64,000 bases of DNA from Nitrosopumilus sp. (lineage in GTDB: Archaea > Thermoproteota > Nitrososphaeria > Nitrososphaerales > Nitrosopumilaceae): the NCBI GenBank assembly GCA_965207445.1, contig CBDBLX010000002.1:1815849-1879848 (forward strand), read 5' to 3'. Below are positions 18,753-29,531 of this stretch, piece after piece. A program made the translations under genes and the position numbers. Position 1 is the first letter of the stretch, and each line of letters starts with the position of its first letter. The notes beneath the pieces were generated by a model. That model made no database searches, had not been told where the DNA came from, and saw only the letters and a program-made list of their open reading frames with translations.

Positions 18753-21274
18753 ACATCTTTGTTGCGCATCTTTATTACCACACCTGTCACACTGATTGCA
18801 ACTGCTACCACAATCAAAATTATAATATGACGCATGGGTAATAATTCGGATATTGTAAATGCATTTTGTTGCTCTGAGTTGTGTTTTAGCCACAGTGTAT
18901 CAAAGGTATCAGACATACTCCCATTTAGTGAATCTAATCCCACATGAACCACATCATATGCATGATATGATTCACCATTTGAGGTTATTGTAGCATCAAT
19001 CCAATACGTGCTATCTTTTTGTACTTTGATAGTAGGCTCATCGTGTGTATCTTTTGTTGCAGATACAGTCACTGTCTCTTCTGTAACGCTATCTATCACA
19101 TCTATTTTTGCAAACTCCCATCCATCAGGATGTGACACATTAAATGACAAATATCGTGTTGTGGTATTGTTGTGACTGGTATTGTTGCCAATATTATTGC
19201 CAATATTATCACCAATGTTATCACTAGTGTCATACGTGACAGTAGTGCTTATTGATCCACGCGTATAATGTAGCAAAAACGGTACAGTGTAAGTGGAACC
19301 ATTCAGATCAAAGATGATGCGTCCCTCATATGTATCAGGTAGTATTTGATCGTATTGAAAATTATTAGACGTGACATTATCACGTGTGACATTATCACGT
19401 GTGACATTATCACGTGTGACATTATCACCACTAACAACATAATTTTCAGTGGCATTACTATCAACAAGGGTATTTGTTTTATTTATCACGTCTTGTGAAA
19501 TACTCATTTTAGTAAGGACAAAATTCTCATCAAGTAAATATGAGAACTCTACAAAATCAGGACCTTTAAACATAACAGACAATTTATCATGTATGTTATC
19601 ATTATCGCTACCACTGTTGCCACGATCATTATCATTATTATCATTATTATTATTATCATCATCAAAATAAGACGCAATTTCATCTGTATCACTTGAGATA
19701 AAACGCATCTCAAAGCGTTGTTCGGCAACCTTTGATTGCTCAGACATCATTACAACAAAGCTAGGCGGTAAAATAGCAACATCTGCCTCATATGCACGCA
19801 TAATGTTTAATCTGCCAGACCCAGTATCATGCACAGATAATAAATCACCATACGAATCAGACACAGGATCAGTAGTTGTCATTATGATTGATTTGATTTC
19901 ATGCCTATCAAGGTCAGGGTTCTTTTGCAACAGTAATGCAGCAGCACCACTCACATGAGGAGCAGCATAACTAGTTCCACTTGTAATATTGTACAAAGAA
20001 CCAGTATGAGTGGTATTGATGTATGTTCCAGGTGCCATCAAATCAGGCTTGATATAAAATGGTGACACCGGTCCCCTAGAACTAAAATGGGCAACATAAT
20101 CAGGATTGTGAAATAGATTCAACGATGCAGTAGTTACAGTTGCATTATTTACGAGTTCAAGTAACTCTAACCCCTCATCACGGTCCATCGAGACGACTGG
20201 AATGCGTGGCGAGTATCCAGATTCGATAAACTCATGTATTAGTTCACCAAGAAACATCCCATCTACATTATTAAACACGATTAATGCTGCTGCACCTGCA
20301 TCAGCTGCATGTTTCTCTTTTAGTGAAAAATACAATAATTCATCAGGTACATCACTGCCCCGCTCTGCAATCACAATCAAGTCTTTAACATCAATGTCTA
20401 TAAAATCAGACTCTTTTGCATATCCTGCAAATATCATCTGTGACTGTATCGGACTAGATAATGAGTTTGTGCCCACCATGGGAATTACCGTATATGAATA
20501 TACATCATCAACATCAAGTGTTGCGATCATACTAGATGTAAGATTGTTATATGTAGCACCTACGGTAAGTGAGCCACTACTGCGTCCAGGACTGCCAATT
20601 GTACTTTGTTGTGGGCCCGCGTTTCCTGCTGCCACCACAACCAACACACCTTGTGCCAGTGCATCATTTATGGCATTCTCAATTACAGTGTTTGTATGGG
20701 TGATACCCATACTAATATTTATGATATCAGCACCATCATCAACTGCTCTTGTCACTGCTTGCGCAATAAGATCAGATGATACATTCTCACCATCCTCTGA
20801 AACCTTGTATGCTAAAATTTTGGACTTTGGAGCCACGCCTTTGAGTTGACCATCAGCAGATATCACACCGGCTACCTGAGTACCATGCCCATCAGTATCA
20901 ATCGGAGTATCAGCATCCCACAAAAGGTTGTACCCGCCTGCTACCTTTCCATCGCTCATCCATCCAAGCATATCAGGATGCTCATAGTTTACACCAGTAT
21001 CAATTACAGCAATGAATATTCCCTCGCCATCAATGCCATCAAGTCTAGGAGTATCAATTCCAACAAATGGCACACTTTTGTCAAGATACGTATGAATTTT
21101 TTGATCATTTATAGTTCCAAAGAATATTACAACTGAGATCATAACAACTACAATCATAATAGTTGCAAGTATGCTAGTTGGAAACATGCTAGTTGGAAAC
21201 ATGTTATTTTTACGCATGCTATTTTTTTGAGATTGAGAGTCGAGATTGTGCTTTTTTAATCTAAAACTTGACAT
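18737..21274 (-). CDS. Membrane-anchored S8 (subtilisin-like) serine protease with PA domain
   Basis: Catalytic motifs VIDTG, HGTQVAG, AAGN, SGTSYAAPHVSG. N- and C-terminal hydrophobic helices. Confidence 0.92.
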   Translation of the reverse strand: MSSFRLKKHNLDSQSQKNSMRKNNMFPTSMFPTSILATIMIVVVMISVVIFFGTINDQKIHTYLDKSVPFVGIDTPRLDGIDGEGIFIAVIDTGVNYEHPDMLGWMSDGKVAGGYNLLWDADTPIDTDGHGTQVAGVISADGQLKGVAPKSKILAYKVSEDGENVSSDLIAQAVTRAVDDGADIINISMGITHTNTVIENAINDALAQGVLVVVAAGNAGPQQSTIGSPGRSSGSLTVGATYNNLTSSMIATLDVDDVYSYTVIPMVGTNSLSSPIQSQMIFAGYAKESDFIDIDVKDLIVIAERGSDVPDELLYFSLKEKHAADAGAAALIVFNNVDGMFLGELIHEFIESGYSPRIPVVSMDRDEGLELLELVNNATVTTASLNLFHNPDYVAHFSSRGPVSPFYIKPDLMAPGTYINTTHTGSLYNITSGTSYAAPHVSGAAALLLQKNPDLDRHEIKSIIMTTTDPVSDSYGDLLSVHDTGSGRLNIMRAYEADVAILPPSFVVMMSEQSKVAEQRFEMRFISSDTDEIASYFDDDNNNNDNNDNDRGNSGSDNDNIHDKLSVMFKGPDFVEFSYLLDENFVLTKMSISQDVINKTNTLVDSNATENYVVSGDNVTRDNVTRDNVTRDNVTSNNFQYDQILPDTYEGRIIFDLNGSTYTVPFLLHYTRGSISTTVTYDTSDNIGDNIGNNIGNNTSHNNTTTRYLSFNVSHPDGWEFAKIDVIDSVTEETVTVSATKDTHDEPTIKVQKDSTYWIDATITSNGESYHAYDVVHVGLDSLNGSMSDTFDTLWLKHNSEQQNAFTISELLPMRHIIILIVVAVAISVTGVVIKMRNKDVDLLR
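19371..19429. repeat. 15-bp coding tandem repeat x4 (DNVTR) in the S8 protease
   Basis: GTGACATTATCACGT three times plus a near-complete fourth unit. Confidence 0.95.
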
Positions 21275-21421
21275 TATAGCAGATTTTTCAAAGGCATGTA
21301 AAAATTGTTAGCAGATTTCAAAATCAAACATTTTGATATAATTTAACATATAAATTAAAATTTATAGATGGGTCTAGTATGTTGTAAAATTCAATGCACA
21401 TCTCAGCAGAACAACATATCT

Positions 21422-21502
21422 GCGTGCAGTTTAACCCATTTCCAAATTGATATAGATTCATCGCCTAACGTCTAGCGCAGGCACGAGAGGCCGAACATTT
21501 AC
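21422..21502. mobile_element. 81-bp MITE family, degenerate copy
   Basis: Core ATTCATCGCCTAACGTCTAGCGCAGGCACG matches the 45218 copy. Ends are eroded. Confidence 0.7.
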
Positions 21503-21551
21503 CCTCAGCAAGTTCATAACATTTTTATGAAAAAAAATGATTTGAATACAC

Positions 21552-22637
21552 ATGACAGAAGATCAAAAAAAGCGCGTTGCAATTATAGGTGTGACAGGCT
21601 CAGTTGGGCAGGAGTTTGTCGTATCATTGAACAAACACAAATGGTTTGAGGTCACACAGATTGCAGCATCAGAGCGCTCTGCAGGTAAAAAATATCTTGA
21701 TGCAATAAGGGATGCATCAGGCATAATAGCATGGGATGTAGGAGGTGATATTCCAGAATACATAAAATCAATGACAGTACGTACGATAGATGAGATCGAT
21801 ATATCGGGTCTCGACTTGGTCTTTTCAGCAGTAGAATCCAAAGCAGCACGCGATATCGAGACTAAAATGGCAGCATCACTTCCCGTCATATCTACTAGTT
21901 CTGCATACCGTTATGAGGAAGATGTACCAATACTCATACCAGGAATAAATGATGAGCAATCAGACATGCTGGATATACAGAGTAAAAAACGGAATTGGAA
22001 GGGATGGGTTGCGCCACTACCAAACTGCACCACTACGGGTCTTGCAATTACACTAAAACCACTCTTTGACAAGTATGGAGTAAAACGTGTAATGATGACA
22101 TCCATGCAAGCAATATCAGGAGGCGGTAAGACTGGAGTCTCTGCGATGGGTATAACAGATAACATACTACCATGGATTCCAAAAGAAGAAGACAAAGTCA
22201 AAAAAGAGACTAGAAAGATACTAGGTACATTTAATGGTCAAAAGATCGACGAGGCAGATATTCTAATCAGTTGTACATGCACCAGAGTTCCCGTAATAGA
22301 TGGGCACACAGAGTCAGTCTTTTTAGAGACTAGAGATAGCATTGATCCACAAAAAGCAAAAGACACCTTTGATGATTATAATAAGACAGTCTCGACTAAC
22401 GGACTACCATCAGCACCAGAAGAGTATTATGCATTTCATGAGGATCCTACAAGGCCACAACCGCGCATGGAGAGAACAGTGGGAGGTGGTATGACTACAA
22501 CAGTAGGACGAGTTGAAAAAGAAGAATTGTTTGAGAATGGTCTCAAATACATGCTGTTCTCACACAACAAAAAGATGGGATCAGCAAAGGGTGCAGTACT
22601 AGTAGCAGAGATGCTGTACAAAAAGGGCAAAATATGA
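21552..22637 (+). CDS. asd: Aspartate-semialdehyde dehydrogenase
   Basis: GVTGSVGQ, PNCTT, QAISGGG, CTRVPVIDGH, RPQPR motifs. Confidence 0.96.
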   Translation: MTEDQKKRVAIIGVTGSVGQEFVVSLNKHKWFEVTQIAASERSAGKKYLDAIRDASGIIAWDVGGDIPEYIKSMTVRTIDEIDISGLDLVFSAVESKAARDIETKMAASLPVISTSSAYRYEEDVPILIPGINDEQSDMLDIQSKKRNWKGWVAPLPNCTTTGLAITLKPLFDKYGVKRVMMTSMQAISGGGKTGVSAMGITDNILPWIPKEEDKVKKETRKILGTFNGQKIDEADILISCTCTRVPVIDGHTESVFLETRDSIDPQKAKDTFDDYNKTVSTNGLPSAPEEYYAFHEDPTRPQPRMERTVGGGMTTTVGRVEKEELFENGLKYMLFSHNKKMGSAKGAVLVAEMLYKKGKI

Positions 22638-22933
22638 TTAAAATTCATAATTTGTAAAGACATTACTATGATAAACCATCCAAACTAATTTTAACAAGAT
22701 CACAAAAAACCAAAATACTAGACATTCAACCAAAAATAATGAGAAAATGGCTGATCATACTACTAGCCATAGTAGCAGCAATAATCATAGGATTTGCAAT
22801 CAGCACATACATCGTGTTCTCACCATTTCTAAACATGATAGAAGAGATCGATGAGATAAACTCCACAGACATGGATGCAGTTACATCAGATATAATGAGA
22901 CATCCTGCAGCAGTAGCATTTATGGAAAAATAC

Positions 22934-24840
22934 GTAACTATTTTGCTTTTTGAAGTGCACATATAAGGTAAATGATCATGCGCATTTCTCTGATCGTGAT
23001 GATCTTGGCATTGGATATTCATATATAATCAATTGGCAAGGATAGCGCGTAGTTGATTATAATACGCAGATGGGCACACAGATGATTCTGTAGTTTTAGC
23101 CAGGTTTGTATCCCTTGCACAGCATATCAAAAAAGCTCTCGCCGCTGATCTTACCTGTTGCAAGTAGTGTGAATAATATTGAGTTGGCCTCCATACCACG
23201 AGACGTTCTGTTTCCACCACCATCATTTTTTATGGATACAAATACTCGATTAGTTCGTTCAACGTCATTATTGTCTGGTGGTATGCCCTTTATGTGTAAA
23301 AAGGTGCTCATATGGTATCCTTCGCGTCTCCATCTCTTTTTGAATCTGTTTATTATGCCCTCTTTGTCACCGTCCCAGTCTTTTTCCTTTGTCCAATCAT
23401 TGTTCATTAGTTGACGCAGTTGGCTGTCCAAACAATATGAGGCCACTTGTCGTGTGTGAGGATCGTCTATTTCATCTGCTTTAAAGAATTGTTTGAATAT
23501 TTGAACTAATGTGTTGAGAAATCGTAGTACTGCACCTTTTGGATTCACATATTGGATGTCTTTTTTTGGCAGTCGAAGCTGATGTGACAAACACATCTGA
23601 TGTTGTACTCCAATGTGACCCCATGATGGATTAGAGTCATGTCGTACTAGTCCATTGTATTTTGGCAGGAATTTTTTGAGGGTGGATATTGTTTTGTTGT
23701 CAGTTATCTCTATTAGACAGCAGTCGTCTCCGAGCGCAATTAAACCGCACGCATGTTTTTTGTTTGCCCCAGGCCAGTCAAACTCATCACAGCCTAACTC
23801 GCTTTTGTTTAAAATTTTTTGTTTGATCTCATCGTGTTTTGGTTTTTGTGCTTTAGCATGTGATATCTTGTCACGATATGCTGCTGATGGGGAGATCTCA
23901 ACTTGCATGACATCTTTGCTGAATTCTGCAGTCTTTGCGTGTGATAGACCTTTCATGTTTAGTGTGACTGTGGTTGCAGAATGATTAGTTGAACGGCGTG
24001 CATGAGGCCTTACATTTGAAATGGGTTGCTGCACTTGCTTTTTGCATTTACTGCACCAGCGACGTTTGATATCAAACTTGACATACTCTGTGATTGTTGT
24101 GATAATTTGGACCACTCTGTCATACTCGTCTGTTATGGTCGATGAGAGTGGGTTTTTGCATTGTGGGCATGTAGTGCCATCTATCACCTCTGTTCTGGTT
24201 ATGTTTACAGGACGCTTGTTTTTGGTAGCTTTTTGCCCCTTGGGTCTGCCCCGTGGTTTATTTTCTCCTGGCGTTTTGTCAGGTTTATCACTAGCAGTGA
24301 CTGCCTTGATGCCGTTTTTCTTGGCCCTTAGTTCTTTGTTGATCTTTTGATATTTTTTATTGTCCTTGGTCAATTCTTCATTTTGTGTCTTTAACGTGTT
24401 GACATCTTGTAGCATCTCAGACACCCCATTGGACGTTATTTTTTTCTTTGAATCCGATGACTCTTGCAATATCTTGTCAATTCCGGTATTCTCCAACCAC
24501 CATTTACAACACTCGCAATCACTTTTGAGACATGGTTTTTTTGCATGTTGTGTGTTTTTGTCACGAGGTTCTGAGCAGCACAACTATGTTCCCCCCTCCT
24601 GCAAATAATTGACACTATTGCATTTCCAGTCACACTGATCGCTTAAATCACATTTTTGCGATGATCTAATATCGTTCCCGTCTATCATTTTATTTGCACT
24701 TAATGATAGATGGAAGCGTTTTGATTTAACATCTTATTGTTAAATTATTTAGACTCTTTGATCAAATTTTTTAAACCAAAATTATCACAGTATATAATCA
24801 TAAGAATTTAAGTGTCCACTTCAAAAAGCAAAATAGTTAC
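22934..24840 (-). mobile_element. IS66-family single-ORF element with 8-bp target duplication
   Basis: Perfect 24-bp inverted ends GTAACTATTTTGCTTTTTGAAGTG. AAAAATAC is duplicated at 22926-22933 and 24841-24848. Confidence 0.93.
23096..24583 (-). CDS. IS66-family transposase
   Basis: RGRPKGQK, CPQC...CSKC zinc finger, CDE, RHD, HQMCLSHQLR, PPDNNDVERTNR. Confidence 0.9.
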   Translation of the reverse strand: MCCSEPRDKNTQHAKKPCLKSDCECCKWWLENTGIDKILQESSDSKKKITSNGVSEMLQDVNTLKTQNEELTKDNKKYQKINKELRAKKNGIKAVTASDKPDKTPGENKPRGRPKGQKATKNKRPVNITRTEVIDGTTCPQCKNPLSSTITDEYDRVVQIITTITEYVKFDIKRRWCSKCKKQVQQPISNVRPHARRSTNHSATTVTLNMKGLSHAKTAEFSKDVMQVEISPSAAYRDKISHAKAQKPKHDEIKQKILNKSELGCDEFDWPGANKKHACGLIALGDDCCLIEITDNKTISTLKKFLPKYNGLVRHDSNPSWGHIGVQHQMCLSHQLRLPKKDIQYVNPKGAVLRFLNTLVQIFKQFFKADEIDDPHTRQVASYCLDSQLRQLMNNDWTKEKDWDGDKEGIINRFKKRWRREGYHMSTFLHIKGIPPDNNDVERTNRVFVSIKNDGGGNRTSRGMEANSILFTLLATGKISGESFFDMLCKGYKPG

Positions 24841-25355
24841 AAAAATACCCAAGCGCTTACACCATGACTGAAAATCTTGGAGTCGGAGGCATCAATGTCA
24901 TCATAATATCAGATAATGGTTCACAGTTAACAATAGAACAAGATACAGACGGTGTTGTGACAAATGTAACTTACATCTGCTTTTACCCAGACGGATTAAG
25001 TTCAGATTCAATAGATGGTCCCGATGTGGCAAAACAGATACCAATCATGTGTTAGTCGTACATGCAAGGTACAACCCATCATTATTTTTTTTAATTTTTA
25101 TACACAACGCATATTTTTGATCACCCATACAAACACATTACACCCATACAAACACACCACAATTGTATTTTTACCACATTAATTTGCAGAATATAAAAAG
25201 ATCATATACATGATACATACTGGACACACCACAAATAACTCAAATAATACAAAACAAAAGATCAGATAAATGATATATAGTTTATATATTGTATAAAGTA
25301 CATTTAAAGTATGTATAATGTATAGCATTTATTATAAGAAAATTGATCTATCATT

Positions 25356-25436
25356 GTAACCGTTCAACCCCCATACCTGCACTAAAAGTTAGGCGATGAA
25401 TTTGTGTCTAAACTCGAGCAAGAGTTGAACGGTTAC
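25356..25436. mobile_element. 81-bp MITE family copy
   Basis: Perfect 13-bp ends GTAACCGTTCAAC / GTTGAACGGTTAC. Confidence 0.9.
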
Positions 25437-25595
25437 GTTGCATCTAAATCACCTCACCTTACCTCATCTCACCCCATTTCACATCGGACATAGCGTGGCT
25501 GTGGCATTTTCACAAAATACTCACAGGTGAACCCTATACGTGCACCATTATAGTTTATGAAATCTTTATATTCATTATAGAAAAAACATTTATTA

Positions 25596-27116
25596 TTGAA
25601 TCGTATAATTACGTGTTCTATCATATTTATGATTGTAGCATGTCTTACAGGAGTAACAGTTGACTCTGCAGATGCGACATATAACGTGGAATTTACAACA
25701 GCAGAACGTGATTGGCTTGAGGATCATCCAGTAATTATAGTGGGATATGATCCTGGCTGGCCCCCATATGAATACCGCGATGCAAATGGCAAGCTCTCAG
25801 GTGTCTCTGCAGCTCTTGCAGAAAAGTTTTCAGAGATATCTGGATCTCAGTTCTACCAAGCCGACTCGATAATGACATGGCAAGACTCTATTGATGCACT
25901 CCGTGCAGGGAATGTGGACGTGCTCTTTTCAGTAGAACGCACACCTGAAAGAGAAGAGTACATGGACTTTACATCGACGTGGCAGACTATATCAATTGAC
26001 ATTATTACACAGGACTCACAAAGACATGTGATAAATGCAAGTAATCTTGTAGATTACAGAGTCGTAGTGGTACAAGGATACGCAGTTGTATCATGGCTTG
26101 ATGAAAATCTACCAAATGTTAATTACACTACAGTATCTAGCACCCTAGAGGCCTTACATATGGTATCAGATGGACGCGCCGATGCATACCTCGAACCATG
26201 GGCAGTTGCACACTATCTTGCACTGCAAAACGACATTTCAGGACTAGCAAATGCGGGGCCGTTAGGTGACACATATGCCCTCTCAATTGGATACGAAAAG
26301 GCAAGTCCACTTGGTAGCATATTACAAAAGATGTTAGATGCGCTTGGTGATGAGCAAGAGTCACTAGTACAAGATGCAATTGACCGTAGTAATTCTGCCC
26401 TTGCAATGTTACCATTTGATACACAAGAAGAACAGTGGCTTGAGTCCCACCCCGTCATTACGTTTGGATATGACCCCGAGTGGCTTGGTGTCTCAGAATC
26501 TGTAGCAAAGAGGCTCTCTGAGATATCTGGCTCACAGTTTGTGGCATTTGAACCCATACACTCATGGCAGGATGCACTTGATGGCGTGAGAAACGGCCAT
26601 ATTGATACCATACTGGCAATAGAACGCAACGCAGAGAGAGAAGAGTATATGGACTTTACATCAGCATGGCACGTGATACCAGTCAATATCATAACAAGGG
26701 ACTCACAGGTAGGTGAGATACACCGTAGCAACCTTGACAATTATAGGGTCATTGTAGTACAGGGTTATGCAGTAGAGTCATGGCTTGCAACATATATGCC
26801 AAACTTGTCATATGTGGCAGTTGCAAATACAATTGAAGCACTACAAATGATATCAGACGGACGCGCCGATGCGTACTTGGAGCCATGGGACATGGCAGGA
26901 TACATTGCAGAGCAAATCGGTATTGAGGGAGTTGCAAACGCAGGCTTGCTTGGAGATGAGTATGCACTTGCCATGGGGCATACTCAAGGTGACACCATAC
27001 TGGGATCTATTCTACAAAAGATGGTAAATGAGATACACGATGAGAAAGATCAGCTTATTGCAGACGGACTATTCCCAGATGCAACATCAAGCACAGTAAA
27101 TCATATCTGTAGATAA
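25596..27116 (+). CDS. Secreted protein with two tandem type-2 periplasmic-binding (BvgS/EvgS-like) domains
   Basis: Signal peptide plus internal duplication: WLEDHPVIIVGYDP / WLESHPVITFGYDP, EREEYMDFTS twice, SDGRADAYLEPW twice. Confidence 0.82.
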   Translation: MNRIITCSIIFMIVACLTGVTVDSADATYNVEFTTAERDWLEDHPVIIVGYDPGWPPYEYRDANGKLSGVSAALAEKFSEISGSQFYQADSIMTWQDSIDALRAGNVDVLFSVERTPEREEYMDFTSTWQTISIDIITQDSQRHVINASNLVDYRVVVVQGYAVVSWLDENLPNVNYTTVSSTLEALHMVSDGRADAYLEPWAVAHYLALQNDISGLANAGPLGDTYALSIGYEKASPLGSILQKMLDALGDEQESLVQDAIDRSNSALAMLPFDTQEEQWLESHPVITFGYDPEWLGVSESVAKRLSEISGSQFVAFEPIHSWQDALDGVRNGHIDTILAIERNAEREEYMDFTSAWHVIPVNIITRDSQVGEIHRSNLDNYRVIVVQGYAVESWLATYMPNLSYVAVANTIEALQMISDGRADAYLEPWDMAGYIAEQIGIEGVANAGLLGDEYALAMGHTQGDTILGSILQKMVNEIHDEKDQLIADGLFPDATSSTVNHICR

Positions 27117-27639
27117 CCATCACAATACGGAATTAAAAAATAGAGTACTTTATTATTGTAAATGATATTCGGATCACTGCTTTACATACAATACAGGCAA
27201 CGTCTATAGATTCAATGTATTTTGAGCTGTTGACACATACAACAATTTACTTTTGAAAAAATCTCTAAAAAATGAGTCATCACTTATTCAAAAAAAAGAG
27301 TGGATGAGGGAGGAGGTGGCGCGGGTACAAAACCCAATGCAGAATTGATTACGATTTTGTAAAGTACAGAAGATGAAAATCTATTTTATTAAAAATCAAA
27401 TAAGTATATACATATAAACTATTTTTGTAAGTGAATTATGTATAATTAGTAATTTAGGATGTGTTTGTATTAATATACTTGTATTAATATACGTGTTACA
27501 ACTTTAACTTATTTTTAATCATATATGTCAATTAAATAATAATAATGATAACAATAACAACAACAATAAGAAAATAAAATAGAGATAGAAAAATAAAAAA
27601 AGAGCATTACTGATTACATCTTTACAGTATTGCACAAGA

Positions 27640-28260
27640 TTATGTTACGTTTGCAAGCCTACTATTCACTTCGTCCCAATTGATTGTATTCCACCAAGAT
27701 TCTATATATACAGGTCTCTTGTTTTGATACTTGAGATAGTATGCATGCTCCCATACGTCACATCCTAGCAGAGGTACAAGTCCTTCGGTTTTAGGACTTG
27801 TCTGATTGGGCATTGATTTGTATTCTGCTTTTTTGGATGTTGGATTGTATACTAGCCAACCCCATCCACTGCCTTGGATAACTGCAGTTGTAGTGGAGAA
27901 CTTTTCTTTAAAGTTTGCAAAACTACCAAAAGAGTCGTTTATGGCATCTGCCACTGCTCCTCCTGGCTCGCCACCACCATTGGGCTTCATGTTGTTCCAA
28001 AAGAGTTTGTGGTTGTCAAAACCACCACCATTGAAGTTGATTGCACCTCTCTTGTCTTCTGGTACTACACTAATGTCGGCCAATATCTCTGATATGTCCA
28101 TATTTTGAACTTCCGTAGGACATGAATCTAGTGCCGCATTCAGCTTGTCAGTATACGTTTGGTGATGTTTTGTGTGATGAATCTCCATTGTTCTGGCATC
28201 GATATGTGGCTCTAGTGCGTCATACGCATAAGGCATATCAGGAAGTGTATATTTTCCCAT
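27640..28260 (-). CDS. sod: Fe/Mn superoxide dismutase
   Basis: YDALEPHID, HHTKHH, NHKLFW, GSGWGWL, DVWEHAYY. Confidence 0.97.
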   Translation of the reverse strand: MGKYTLPDMPYAYDALEPHIDARTMEIHHTKHHQTYTDKLNAALDSCPTEVQNMDISEILADISVVPEDKRGAINFNGGGFDNHKLFWNNMKPNGGGEPGGAVADAINDSFGSFANFKEKFSTTTAVIQGSGWGWLVYNPTSKKAEYKSMPNQTSPKTEGLVPLLGCDVWEHAYYLKYQNKRPVYIESWWNTINWDEVNSRLANVT

Positions 28261-28943
28261 GATTGAAGAGTCGTGGAATCTAATTTATTGTTTTTGAAGC
28301 ATTACATGTTGTTATTTGGAAGTTAGACAATCAGTACATCAGTATTTGCATAATTGTTACAATTAAACTACTAGATTTATCTGAATTGATGATCGTAAAG
28401 CATGCACGATTGTACAAATATTAGAAAAACAATCCACATTACAAGAAAATAATCTTATTGTTTGCATATATGAATCCTATCAAACTTTTGTCAAGTAAAA
28501 TTGCCATTAATTTACAATTGAATAATAATTATAACGAGGACTACGCATATACATAAAATGCTCACATGAAAAATTACGATATACAGTACGGTAACTTGAT
28601 GTCATACAAGTATCACTAGACCATAAGCACATGAGATGTATGGTAGTTTTTCAAAGTGCAAAAGCCAACACCAGCAGAATATGCCAAGAGATATTGCAAA
28701 TTATGTTTGAGAAGGGTATGCATGCACAACGTGTGATATTGCAAAAATTAAACTTCATACTAGAGACGTATCATTGATCAGGCCAAAAGAGAAAGTGTAT
28801 AGACGACTGTTTCTAGGTCGATATGATACAAAAAAGCGATCAGGTGGCATGCTTGATCTTGGCCTAGTTGTAAGAGAAAAGGCAGGGCAAGCAACTACCA
28901 TCTGTGCTAAGATTTATGAATGTCTCTATGAGTGTGACTACTT

Positions 28944-29528
28944 TTGGCACCAGTCAAGTGGTTGAGCAGCCAACCCGTGTCTTCCGCTAGGTTTAATTTT
29001 AATGCCCGTGTAAGACGCACAATGAACGACATGCTGGAAGGATTCATGGTATATTTGGAGAAGAATAGGCTCGTAGAGTTTGACATGAGAAATAAAGACG
29101 ATTCTAACTTTATCAACAGTACAACTAGGCTACAAAGGTATGTGTTACTGGCAAAGCGCTTTGGATTTGACATGCACTACGAGTACGACATGTGCCTGTA
29201 TGGGCCCCGGTCTAGGGCATTGATGAGCGATTACCTCAAATACGCAGAGAATTACGCGGAAAGCCCGAATGGCAGGATGACGACCGCCCAGATCGTGATA
29301 CGGCTTCCGGAATCGTTTCAAAGTGAAGAGTTTTTGGACTTTGTCAGGAACAGGGATGACGATTGGTTGTATGTGGCCACCACTCTGATGGACCGCAGTG
29401 AAACCCTTCCGAACCGAAACGACTTGATCGAAAACGTCGAATGGACCACCCCAAGATTTTCCATAGAATACATTGCAGGCGTGCTAGATGAGCTGCAGTC
29501 CGCACACATAATAGATATAAAACAATAA
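28944..29528 (+). CDS. Hypothetical protein resembling YwgA/SocA(Panacea)-like winged-helix antitoxins
   Basis: RLQRYVLLA...F..HYEYDMCLYGPRSRAL resembles the kLQKl.Y...y..GP.S..L signature. GC-richer codons. Start may be ATG 29021. Confidence 0.55.
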   Translation: MAPVKWLSSQPVSSARFNFNARVRRTMNDMLEGFMVYLEKNRLVEFDMRNKDDSNFINSTTRLQRYVLLAKRFGFDMHYEYDMCLYGPRSRALMSDYLKYAENYAESPNGRMTTAQIVIRLPESFQSEEFLDFVRNRDDDWLYVATTLMDRSETLPNRNDLIENVEWTTPRFSIEYIAGVLDELQSAHIIDIKQ

Positions 29529-29531
29529 CAT

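Larger units (their letters stand above)
22739..25055 (+). pseudogene. Membrane-anchored hypothetical protein (133 aa) interrupted by an IS66-type element
   Basis: Joining 22739-22933 to 24849-25055 gives a continuous frame ...AVAFMEKY|PSAYTMTENLG...KQIPIMC*. Confidence 0.85.

Noticed and set aside
13062..18760. Target-site duplication around the A-B composite
   Set aside because: Flanks ACAGTATA, CAACGACG, TATGGCTA and ACATCTTT do not match in any pairing, so single-step transposition is not demonstrated.
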